IMG/VR virus record: IMGVR_UViG_2734482779_000001 | Source: a virus | Taxonomy: Duplodnaviria > Heunggongvirae > Uroviricota > Caudoviricetes | DNA length: 5,532 nucleotides | Reading direction: 5' to 3' (one strand) | In this document: positions 1 through 5,532 of the stretch, one piece after another | Layout of the letters: every line of letters begins with the position of its first letter | Numbering within the stretch: position 1 is the stretch's first letter | Position numbers and translations under genes: made by a program | The notes under the pieces: model-generated | Told to the model about the DNA's origin: nothing | Databases searched by the model: none | Seen by the model: the letters and a program-made list of their open reading frames with translations, nothing else

Positions 1-131
1 GTGGCGCATAGCACTGCCAGATGAATAACACATCCCCGTCAATACGGCCCTCGCTGTACGCTTACACCTGTAATCAGGTTTCCGCTTTTTCAGTTGGCTG
101 GTCGTTTAACCGACATAGTTAACCCATTAAT

Positions 132-419
132 CTAGTTGCCGGATGTTGGTGGATTTTCGCGTTTTAGTTGTTCATAAAAGTGCACAGCTTTAACCAATTC
201 TTCTGATGTAACCGGGACTGGTGAGGCAGTGAATAAGGCCTGAATTTGATAGTTCGGCCTGTCGTTACAATCCTCTTTTTTCGGTACATATTTCCAGTCA
301 CCAGACCACTACTTCCCCTGAAAGTCCGTAACGCCTTTTTTCACGTAGCGATATCGCCATGTCACTGGTTTTGCTTGCCCCGCCGTTTCATGCCCTTCCT
401 GATAATTAATCTCGCTCAT
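132..419 (-). pseudogene. Small leftward phage ORF interrupted by an in-frame TAG (36 codons, TAG at 309-311, then 58 sense codons to TAG at 132-134)
   Basis: Hand translation of the minus strand. ATG at 417-419 overlaps the TGA of the upstream small ORF (ATGA junction). The 58-codon continuation after the first TAG has no ATG and only a late in-frame GTG, so it is unlikely to be an independent gene. Not in the ORF track because each piece is under 60 aa. Confidence 0.3.
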
Positions 420-607
420 TCATCGCCCCACTCATCACAATATGCTTCGACCGGAGTTTTTCCCGCTTCATAGTCATCACGCTAGGATTCGACATCAGCA
501 GCACTTCCACCGCGTAACTCACCATAGTCCATTAATAGTTCATCCCGCTCTTCAAAACTGATGTTATATTTAGCTGAACAAAAATCAGCCACTTTGTTCT
601 TCCTCAT
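416..607 (-). pseudogene. Small leftward phage ORF interrupted by an in-frame TAG (41 codons, TAG at 482-484, then 21 sense codons to TGA at 416-418)
   Basis: Hand translation: MRKNKVADFCSAKYNISFEERDELLMDYGELRGGSAADVES, TAG, RDDYEAGKTPVEAYCDEWGDE, TGA. The terminal TGA forms an ATGA overlap with the start of the next ORF, typical of translational coupling. No convincing Shine-Dalgarno upstream. Confidence 0.3.
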
Positions 608-1029
608 CGTCTTTTATTTCGTGGTATGAGTAATTGCAGTAGTTAAAGAAAATTTCTTATGCTCCGTCATGAATTTCATCAGGTGTTGCGTCATCGTCCA
701 CTTCGAATACATCCTCAAAATCTCCACCAGCTATTCCCGTTTCAATAATAATTTTGAACTTTCGCATTTCACTACCGCCCTTTCGGGCGGCCTCCTGATG
801 TTCTGAGGGTGCAGAAATCCATCCGGTTAAGGATTAAGTTTTATTTACAGAACTGAATTTAATTATTCAGATATACGTATCTGTAACCTTACGAATCTAC
901 TCACTGGATGCCTCTTTCATAAAAATAATCCAGTGGGTTTTATCGTTTTTTCCCTGTTCGTTGACAGATAACAGGCTTTCTATCTGTCAGTGCCAGAATC
1001 TGGCTTACCGGTATTTGCGTTTCATTCCA

Positions 1030-1386
1030 TTAAAAAATCAGAACGCCGTGCGGCCTCAACACCCGAAAAGCTTCTTTAAATCTCTGTCGCAAATCATCAC
1101 GCCAGGCATCTTTATTCAGCCGTCCATATTTCTTTCCCATCCAGGCGTTATCACCAACACGCTCAAGATGCGGAGGGTCTAATACAACCATCGAAAAAGA
1201 TGCGTCTGCAAATGATAATGCACGAAAATCTGCGATAATGTCAGGGCTGATAATCAAGCGTCTCCCATTGCGTAATGTGTATCCTTCTTTTCTGATATCG
1301 CTAAATATCGCCCGTTCGTCAGACTTATCGAACCAGAACATGCGGCTGCCACAGCACATATCAAGAATGGTTGCCGGTGCACTCAC
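1030..1386 (-). CDS. Putative SAM-dependent methyltransferase-like protein, short (118 aa), possibly a C-terminally truncated remnant
   Basis: ORF track 1030..1386. Contains ILDMCCGS (glycine-rich motif I-like), VLDPPH (DPP[YFHW]-type catalytic motif) and RVLRPHGVLIF (LKPGG-like strand) in gamma-class order. Start codon is GTG at 1384-1386, overlapping the TGA of the upstream gene (GTGA). Only 118 aa, so a complete Rossmann fold is doubtful. Confidence 0.55.
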   Translation of the reverse strand: MSAPATILDMCCGSRMFWFDKSDERAIFSDIRKEGYTLRNGRRLIISPDIIADFRALSFADASFSMVVLDPPHLERVGDNAWMGKKYGRLNKDAWRDDLRQRFKEAFRVLRPHGVLIF

Positions 1387-1805
1387 TGCGCCACGTCCTG
1401 AAAATTACCCTGATAGAAAGCCAGTATGCGCTGCATAACTTCGCTCTTCCGGCACTCGCGACAGATTATGTTTAGGCGACTGTCGTAGCGACGTATTTCT
1501 CCGTCAGGTGATGACCAGATAAGGTCCGGATCAACCACAGCAGGTTTCTTCACCTTTGCCCTCGAGAGTTTTTTGCGGGCGTTTTGCCAGTCCTTACGCG
1601 CCTGTTCAGAGGGGAATAACCCGTAGCCGGAGTTGTATACATCGCCACTGGCTACCAGCTCTCTGGCAAGAACGCTCATCAGATATCTAGTCGCACCTGT
1701 TTTAGCTTCCAGTTGCCGTAACGTCTCACGGCCGCTCTGGCGCACGAGTTCCACCACCTGCCATTTAATTTTTTCCCGCTCTTCTTGTGTAAAAACTTTT
1801 GCCAC
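1383..1805 (-). CDS. Hypothetical phage protein, 140 aa
   Basis: ORF track 1383..1805. GTG start at 1803-1805 preceded by a strong Shine-Dalgarno (AAGGGGGA) at about 5 nt. Stop overlaps the start of the downstream methyltransferase-like ORF. I recognise no family. Confidence 0.7.
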   Translation of the reverse strand: MAKVFTQEEREKIKWQVVELVRQSGRETLRQLEAKTGATRYLMSVLARELVASGDVYNSGYGLFPSEQARKDWQNARKKLSRAKVKKPAVVDPDLIWSSPDGEIRRYDSRLNIICRECRKSEVMQRILAFYQGNFQDVAQ

Positions 1806-1845
1806 AAGTCCCCCTTAAAATTACCTCATGACCTGAAATCAACAC

Positions 1846-2811
1846 TTATCCTCTGAAACCAGGCGGAATTTCTGTATCCGGTTCAGAAATATGATTAACA
1901 CAACGCTGCACAGGTGAACGTCCCAGGCGGATGACCAGTTCGTCCCATTTTTCGCGGAGCTTTGACGGGCTCATGATGTTTTTTACCCAGAATGGATCTC
2001 GCTGAACCCGACCAAACATTTCGCAAATTTGTCTGTGGCTTCTGCCATCCAGCATCCGCATTGTGCGCACGTCATTGGCCCAGGCAGTCCAGTTAGGCTC
2101 TTTTGGTCGCATGATCTCGCCATCATCACTGGCTGCCTGTTCGTAGAGACCCACGATCCGCCCCCAGATCCACTGCGCACACGCCAAATCCTCCCTGCTA
2201 CCCCACTGGCGTTTTTTCGCACTAAACACAACCGCGTCGGAGTTCCGGGTTAAAAAATCCTGTTCAGTCGTCTGCGGGTCCGGTTGCGAAGCTTCCGGAC
2301 GAAAAGTGTTTTTATTCTCTGTAGTAATCTCTGTTGTATTCTCTGTAAGATCATCAGGCCATTTTGACCCGATGACATTGGGTCGTTTTGAACCAATGGA
2401 GCGTTTCATTTTGACCTCTTCCATCGTGTCATTTTGACCTGATGGAGCGGCGCATTTTGAACCGATGGATTCGCTCAATTTGCCACCATCTAAAAGCTCG
2501 CTCCCATAGTTGATCGTGTAGAAATTGGTCATATCGCGCTTTGATTTATTGAGCTTTTCACAACGCAAAAGCCCCAGCGTTTTCAGACTTGCAAACGCGC
2601 GCTTTAACGTTGACTCTGACCAGAATGGGAACTGTTCCAGCCATTGTTCCGTTGTGTTATAAATCCAGCGAACACCATCACATTCCATGCCGGAGTTGGT
2701 ATCTCTCAACCAGTAGTGCAGTTGTTGCAAAACAATGGCTTCGTTTAAGCCAATTTTCATTGCCAGCTGCGTGTTTATAACCAGTGGGCGTTCAGCAAAA
2801 AGAAGGCTCAT
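1846..2811 (-). CDS. Phage replication initiator / replisome organiser (lambda O-like), with origin iterons inside the gene
   Basis: ORF track gives 1846..2865, but the codon at 2863-2865 is TTG. The first ATG (2809-2811) has a GGATGGA Shine-Dalgarno about 6 nt upstream, so 2811 is the preferred start (321 aa). N-terminal region looks like a winged-helix replisome-organiser domain; the middle is a low-complexity linker with repeated IGSK encoded by the iteron DNA; a conserved-looking C-terminal domain follows. Position after the cro-like and second early genes matches lambdoid layout. Confidence 0.8.
   Translation of the reverse strand: MSLLFAERPLVINTQLAMKIGLNEAIVLQQLHYWLRDTNSGMECDGVRWIYNTTEQWLEQFPFWSESTLKRAFASLKTLGLLRCEKLNKSKRDMTNFYTINYGSELLDGGKLSESIGSKCAAPSGQNDTMEEVKMKRSIGSKRPNVIGSKWPDDLTENTTEITTENKNTFRPEASQPDPQTTEQDFLTRNSDAVVFSAKKRQWGSREDLACAQWIWGRIVGLYEQAASDDGEIMRPKEPNWTAWANDVRTMRMLDGRSHRQICEMFGRVQRDPFWVKNIMSPSKLREKWDELVIRLGRSPVQRCVNHISEPDTEIPPGFRG
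2360..2468. repeat. Five direct repeats (iterons) at about 23-bp spacing, putative phage origin of replication
   Basis: Copies starting 2360, 2384, 2407, 2430, 2453: CATTTTGACCCGATG, CGTTTTGAACCAATGG, CATTTTGACCT(cttccatcg), CATTTTGACCTGATGG, CATTTTGAACCGATGG. An AT-rich stretch with short direct repeats (ATTCTCTGTA) lies at 2300-2350, immediately downstream in gene orientation, as in lambda ori inside O. Confidence 0.6.
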
Positions 2812-3313
2812 AATTCCATCCAGCTTTTTGTTGGTATTGCTGTCGATACGCAAGCTTGAAAGCAATTGCTTTTTCTATAAGTTCGTCAGTTTCACGATCC
2901 ACTACGGCAGGATCAGCAAAAAGCAGTCCGGACTCCACCACATCGCCATATTCTTTGTTTAACCCGGCGATCATGCACGTGATGCTTTTTCCGTCAGTAA
3001 TTTCACGATACAACCTGAAATCACTAATCCGGATAGCCTCCATAATCGCAGGCACTAGCGCCGTGAACTTTTCACGCTTATCCCTGGTGTCGATAGCCTT
3101 CCAGCGTTCGAATATCTTCACTCGATTAACACCAAGCGCTCGCTGATCAACCGCGCCACCTTCATCTGTGACACGCTGAACATCGATGTTCGGGCGCTCT
3201 TTCAAAGCCCAGAATGCTTCAGTGATTAATATCGTCGCCTGCTCCTGTGTCATTCCTGGTCGACATATCCAGGCATCCAGAGCCTCACGAGCCTGTTCAG
3301 GAGTGATTTTCAT
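2792..3313 (-). CDS. Phage early protein, 173 aa, in the cII position; possibly YdaT-family
   Basis: ORF track 2792..3313. ATG at 3311-3313 overlaps the dicC stop by 17 nt, and its stop overlaps the replication initiator start. The YdaT-like call rests on gene position and general resemblance from memory, not on an alignment. Confidence 0.7.
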   Translation of the reverse strand: MKITPEQAREALDAWICRPGMTQEQATILITEAFWALKERPNIDVQRVTDEGGAVDQRALGVNRVKIFERWKAIDTRDKREKFTALVPAIMEAIRISDFRLYREITDGKSITCMIAGLNKEYGDVVESGLLFADPAVVDRETDELIEKAIAFKLAYRQQYQQKAGWNYEPSFC

Positions 3314-3527
3314 TGTTCAACCGCCCCGCCCGCTTCGTCTTACGATATTCATCATAAACTTTGGGATCATACTGAAGCTCCCCGCCAGATGCCTCCTGTA
3401 GACGCATCGCGCGACCTTCGGGAACTAAATCCCCTTTCCAGCTATAAAGCGAAGCCAAACGAATACCTGCTGCTTGTGCAAGTTTTGTTTTTGAACCGAA
3501 ATACAAAAGAGCGTCAGTTTTAAGCAT
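3297..3527 (-). CDS. dicC: DicC, cro-like repressor of the dicB division-inhibition operon (76 aa)
   Basis: ORF track 3297..3527. Translation MLKTDALLYFGSKTKLAQAAGIRLASLYSWKGDLVPEGRAMRLQEASGGELQYDPKVYDEYRKTKRAGRLNNENHS matches my recollection of E. coli K-12 DicC. AAGGTG Shine-Dalgarno about 8 nt upstream; divergent from dicA. Confidence 0.9.
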   Translation of the reverse strand: MLKTDALLYFGSKTKLAQAAGIRLASLYSWKGDLVPEGRAMRLQEASGGELQYDPKVYDEYRKTKRAGRLNNENHS

Positions 3528-3610
3528 TTAAAACACCTTTATTGTTAGTCATAACTAACAAGATAGATGTTAACAAAAACATAGTCAATACGATTTAGCA
3601 TTAGCTAACT
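3528..3610. promoter_or_regulatory. Divergent dicA-dicC control region with operator-like palindromes
   Basis: Perfect 20-bp palindrome TTGTTAGTCATAACTAACAA at 3542-3561 and 14-bp dyad TTAGCATTAGCTAA at 3595-3608, sharing the core TTAG(T/C)-N4-(A/G)CTAA. Additional short dyad ATGTT-N6-AACAT at 3568-3583. The 83-bp spacer between divergent start codons must carry both promoters. Confidence 0.6.
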
Positions 3611-4018
3611 ATGGAAACAAAAAATTTAACTATCGGCGAACGCATCAGGTATCGTCGGAAAAACCTCAAACACACCCAAAGGTCTCTTGCTAAAGCCCTG
3701 AAAATCTCCCATGTGTCTGTATCACAATGGGAACGGGGTGATAGTGAACCTACAGGGAAGAACCTTTTTGCCCTCAGCAAAGTATTGCAATGCTCACCAA
3801 CATGGATTCTATTTGGCGATGAAGACAAGCAACCAACACCACCTGTTGAGAAGCCAGTTGCCTTATCCCCCAAAGAACTAGAGCTCCTTGAGCTGTTTAA
3901 TGCACTGCCAGAATCAGAACAGGATACCCAGCTCGCCGAAATGCGAGCTCGAGTAAGAAACTTCAATAAACTCTTTGAAGAATTACTAAAAGCCCGTCAG
4001 CGGACAAATAAAAGATAA
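3611..4018 (+). CDS. dicA: DicA, XRE/HTH-family repressor of dicB operon (135 aa)
   Basis: ORF track 3611..4018. Translation (METKNLTIGERIRYRRKNLKHTQRSLAKALKISHVSVSQWERGD...) matches my recollection of K-12 DicA. HTH motif near the N-terminus. Confidence 0.93.
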   Translation: METKNLTIGERIRYRRKNLKHTQRSLAKALKISHVSVSQWERGDSEPTGKNLFALSKVLQCSPTWILFGDEDKQPTPPVEKPVALSPKELELLELFNALPESEQDTQLAEMRARVRNFNKLFEELLKARQRTNKR

Positions 4019-4078
4019 CATCATCAATGAGTTATCTTTTACCACATCAATTATGTTAGCTATAGCATACAAAATCAC

Positions 4079-4107
4079 TTGACCGATATGTTAGTCATGG
4101 CTAATCT
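4079..4107 (+). promoter_or_regulatory. Putative dicB-operon promoter with overlapping DicA operator-like dyad
   Basis: TTGACC (-35-like) at 4079-4084; TAAT-containing -10 candidates at 4100-4107; dyad TTAGTCATGGCTAA at 4091-4104 matches the operator core seen between dicA and dicC. Lies between dicA and ydfA, where the DicA-repressed dicB promoter is known to sit in K-12. Confidence 0.5.
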
Positions 4108-4184
4108 TGTTTGCATCAACACACCGCACGGTGTTCTCAGCAAACAGTTCCGCTACCCCAGCGTTAAGGGGAAATGAGGTCAGC

Positions 4185-4340
4185 ATGGATACTATCGATC
4201 TTGGCAACAACGAATCTCTGGTGTACGGCGTGTTTCCAAACCAGGACGGTACGTTCACCGCGATGACGTATACCAAAAGCAAAACGTTTAAAACCGAAAA
4301 TGGTGCCCGTCGCTGGCTGGAAAGAAACTCAGGTGAGTGA
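4185..4340 (+). CDS. ydfA: YdfA, Qin-type prophage small protein (51 aa)
   Basis: Internal ATG at 4185 within track ORF 4107..4340, preceded by GAGGT Shine-Dalgarno at 4176-4180. Product MDTIDLGNNESLVYGVFPNQDGTFTAMTYTKSKTFKTENGARRWLERNSGE, 51 aa, matching K-12 YdfA length and order. Confidence 0.85.
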   Translation: MDTIDLGNNESLVYGVFPNQDGTFTAMTYTKSKTFKTENGARRWLERNSGE

Positions 4341-4341
4341 T

Positions 4342-4470
4342 ATGGATTTCGACACAATCATGGAAAAGGCTTACGAAGAATACTTCGAAGGTCTTGCCGA
4401 CGGCGAAGAAGCTCTCAGCTTCAACGAATTTAAACAGGCGCTTTCCAGTTCGGCAAAATCTAACGGCTGA
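4342..4470 (+). CDS. ydfB: YdfB, Qin-type prophage small protein (42 aa)
   Basis: Not in the ORF track (under 60 aa). Hand translation MDFDTIMEKAYEEYFEGLADGEEALSFNEFKQALSSSAKSNG, TGA. AGGTGA Shine-Dalgarno upstream; starts 2 nt after the ydfA stop. Confidence 0.8.
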   Translation: MDFDTIMEKAYEEYFEGLADGEEALSFNEFKQALSSSAKSNG

Positions 4471-4499
4471 TAAGCGAAACAGCACCGCGAGGAATCAGT

Positions 4500-4718
4500 A
4501 TGCAGAAACGAGAACCCGTCATCATCGCGCCAGACTATACCGATGATGAACTTTATGAGTGGATGCGCCAGAAAATTAATGCAGCGCAGGATCTGAAATG
4601 GGCCAATGAAGCCAGGGCTAAGCAGGCTGAAAATCTGTCCGCTCTGGAGCAGGATATCACCAATCTGGAAAAAGCAGCGGCATTAAGCATTGCCAGAATG
4701 ATTACATACCCGCGTTAA
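4500..4718 (+). CDS. ydfC: YdfC, Qin-type prophage protein (72 aa)
   Basis: ORF track 4500..4718. GAGGA Shine-Dalgarno about 9 nt upstream. Length and position match K-12 YdfC. Confidence 0.85.
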   Translation: MQKREPVIIAPDYTDDELYEWMRQKINAAQDLKWANEARAKQAENLSALEQDITNLEKAAALSIARMITYPR

Positions 4719-5058
4719 TAGCTAACCAACGAAGCTAAGGTTGGTAATTAAGGAGTTCTCCACGGGTGAGGTGGAGTGCGTGCGCCGGACACGGGTGAGC
4801 ATCCGGCACTGACAGTTTACTGAAAGGATATTTCCCTGAAAAGTCAGACCATAACGCGAAAGCGCACGGTGAGGTAGCTGGTTCATAGATAGCCTGTCGT
4901 TAAATTTTCGTCGACCGTGCGCTTCCGGTTGTGGCAACCCGCGAAATGGTGCGGCGGTAAGTATGGCGGGGTTATTTCTTCCCCGTTGAGGACACCGGGT
5001 TGTCAGGTTGACCATACGCTTAAGTGACAACCCCGCTGCAACGCCCTCTGTTATCAAT

Positions 5059-5111
5059 TTTCTGGTGACGTTTGGCGGTATCAGTTTTACTCCGTGACTG
5101 CTCTGCCGCCC
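5059..5111 (+). ncRNA. dicF: DicF small regulatory RNA (53 nt), ftsZ-targeting division inhibitor, followed by T-run 5112-5116
   Basis: Sequence TTTCTGGTGACGTTTGGCGGTATCAGTTTTACTCCGTGACTGCTCTGCCGCCC followed by TTTTT matches my recollection of K-12 DicF. Located between ydfC and dicB as in the dicB operon. Confidence 0.85.
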
Positions 5112-5285
5112 TTTTTAAAGTGAATTTTGTGATGTGGTGAATGCGGCTGAGCGCACGCGGAACAGTTAAAACCAAAAACAGTGTTATGGGTGGATTCTCT
5201 GTATCCGGCGTTAATTGTTAACTGGTTAACGTCACCTGGAGGCACCAGGCACTGCATCACAAAATTCATTGTTGAGGACGCGATA

Positions 5286-5390
5286 ATGAAAACGTTATTA
5301 CCAAACGTTAATACGTCTGAAGGTTGTTTTGAAATTGGTGTCACTATCAGTAACCCAGTATTTACTGAAGATGCCGGCTTTGTTGAATAA
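5286..5390 (+). pseudogene. dicB: dicB disrupted by insertion: first 30 native codons (5286-5375) fused to 4 IS-derived codons, then stop
   Basis: ATG at 5286 with GAGGA Shine-Dalgarno. MKTLLPNVNTSEGCFEIGVTISNPVFTEDA matches the N-terminus of K-12 DicB (62 aa as I recall). From 5376 the sequence is the IS903 terminal inverted repeat, giving GFVE then TAA. Confidence 0.75.
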
Positions 5391-5532
5391 ATCGAACTTT
5401 TGCTGAGTTGAAGGATCAGATCACGTATCTTCCCGACAACGCAGACCGTTCCGTGGCAAAGCAAAAGTTCAAAATCACCAACTGGCCCACCTACAATAAA
5501 GCCCTCATCAACCGTGGCTCCATAACTTTCTG
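5376..5532 (+). mobile_element. Left end of an IS903-group insertion sequence (IS5 family), inserted in dicB; continues beyond the window
   Basis: GGCTTTGTTGAATAAATCG at 5376-5394 matches the IS903 terminal inverted repeat, and the next ~140 bp match the IS903/Tn903 end known from kanamycin cassettes, with several substitutions (a variant such as an IS903B/IS102-like copy). Right end and target duplication are outside the window. Confidence 0.85.
5453..5532 (+). CDS. IS903-family transposase, N-terminal fragment (start uncertain: GTG 5453 or TTG 5408)
   Basis: Frame open from 5387 to the window end encodes ...LPDNADRSVAKQKFKITNWPTYNKALINRGSITF, matching the IS903 transposase N-terminus as I recall it. 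No in-frame ATG in the window, so the start codon is uncertain. Confidence 0.5.
   Translation, partial: MAKQKFKITNWPTYNKALINRGSITF

Noticed and set aside
246-473. Plus-strand ORF of 75 aa in the ORF track
   Set aside because: TTG start with no Shine-Dalgarno, F/P/R-rich composition typical of antisense translation, and it overlaps the better-supported minus-strand small ORFs.
406-477. 23-codon ORF (MTMKREKLRSKHIVMSGAMNERD) on the minus strand
   Set aside because: It sits in the +1 frame of the longer TAG-interrupted reading frame, which has the ATGA coupling junction.
561-629. Plus-strand 22-codon hydrophobic peptide (MLYLAEQKSATLFFLIVFYFVV) resembling a type I toxin
   Set aside because: No ribosome-binding site and no flanking structure typical of toxin/antisense loci; antisense to a better-supported small ORF.
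775-790. GC hairpin as an intrinsic terminator
   Set aside because: No U-tract follows it on either strand.
955-968. Possible LexA (SOS) box, CTGT-N6-ACAG
   Set aside because: Spacing is 6 rather than the 8 required for an E. coli LexA site, and the flanks do not fit the consensus.
961-1182. Plus-strand ORF of 73 aa
   Set aside because: Antisense to the methyltransferase-like ORF, begins inside the inverted-repeat cluster, no ribosome-binding site.
1983-2253. Two overlapping ORFs (74 and 82 aa) inside the replication initiator gene
   Set aside because: Wholly nested in or antisense to a well-supported 321-aa gene; G/R/P-rich, junk-like translations.
2812-2865. Upstream TTG start for the replication initiator, as given in the ORF track
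   Set aside because: The codon at 2863-2865 is TTG without a ribosome-binding site, and it would create a 74-nt overlap; the ATG at 2809-2811 has a good Shine-Dalgarno.
2589-3146. Plus-strand ORFs 2589..2780, 2735..2962 and 2856..3146
   Set aside because: All antisense to the leftward initiator and second early gene, which have coupling and ribosome-binding-site support.
3601-3966. Minus-strand ORF of 121 aa antisense to dicA
   Set aside because: dicA is recognised from its sequence; the antisense frame is serine/arginine-rich and would start inside the dicA coding region.
4091-4546. ORFs 4091..4357 (-), 4288..4485 (-) and 4337..4546 (+)
   Set aside because: They overlap ydfA, ydfB and the ydfC start, which match known small proteins with good ribosome-binding sites.
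4722-5057. Minus-strand ORF of 111 aa spanning the ydfC-DicF spacer
   Set aside because: Antisense to the dicB-operon transcript, arginine-rich, no ribosome-binding site; the interval is better explained as a structured RNA leader.
5181-5390. Long form of the dicB ORF starting at 5181
   Set aside because: The known DicB start with a Shine-Dalgarno is the ATG at 5286; the upstream extension has none.
5087-5464. Minus-strand ORF of 125 aa
   Set aside because: Antisense across DicF, dicB and the IS end; a chimeric frame spanning an insertion junction cannot be an ancestral gene.

Overview
This window reads as the immunity/replication core of a lambdoid, Qin-like E. coli prophage, organised around a divergent repressor pair. 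Rightward (+ strand): dicA (135 aa XRE-type repressor), ydfA, ydfB, ydfC, the DicF small RNA, and dicB, which is cut after codon 30 by the left end of an IS903-family insertion sequence that runs off the window. Leftward (- strand): dicC (cro-like), a coupled 173-aa early gene (tentatively YdaT-like), a replication initiator with origin-like iterons inside its coding sequence, a 140-aa hypothetical, a short methyltransferase-like ORF, then about 1 kb of low coding density. That last stretch holds small coupled ORFs interrupted by in-frame TAG codons and a cluster of inverted repeats. Gene names for the dicA/dicC/ydfABC/DicF/dicB block come from recalled E. coli K-12 sequences; no search was run. 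Everything left of dicC differs from what I recall of K-12 Qin and is called from sequence features only.
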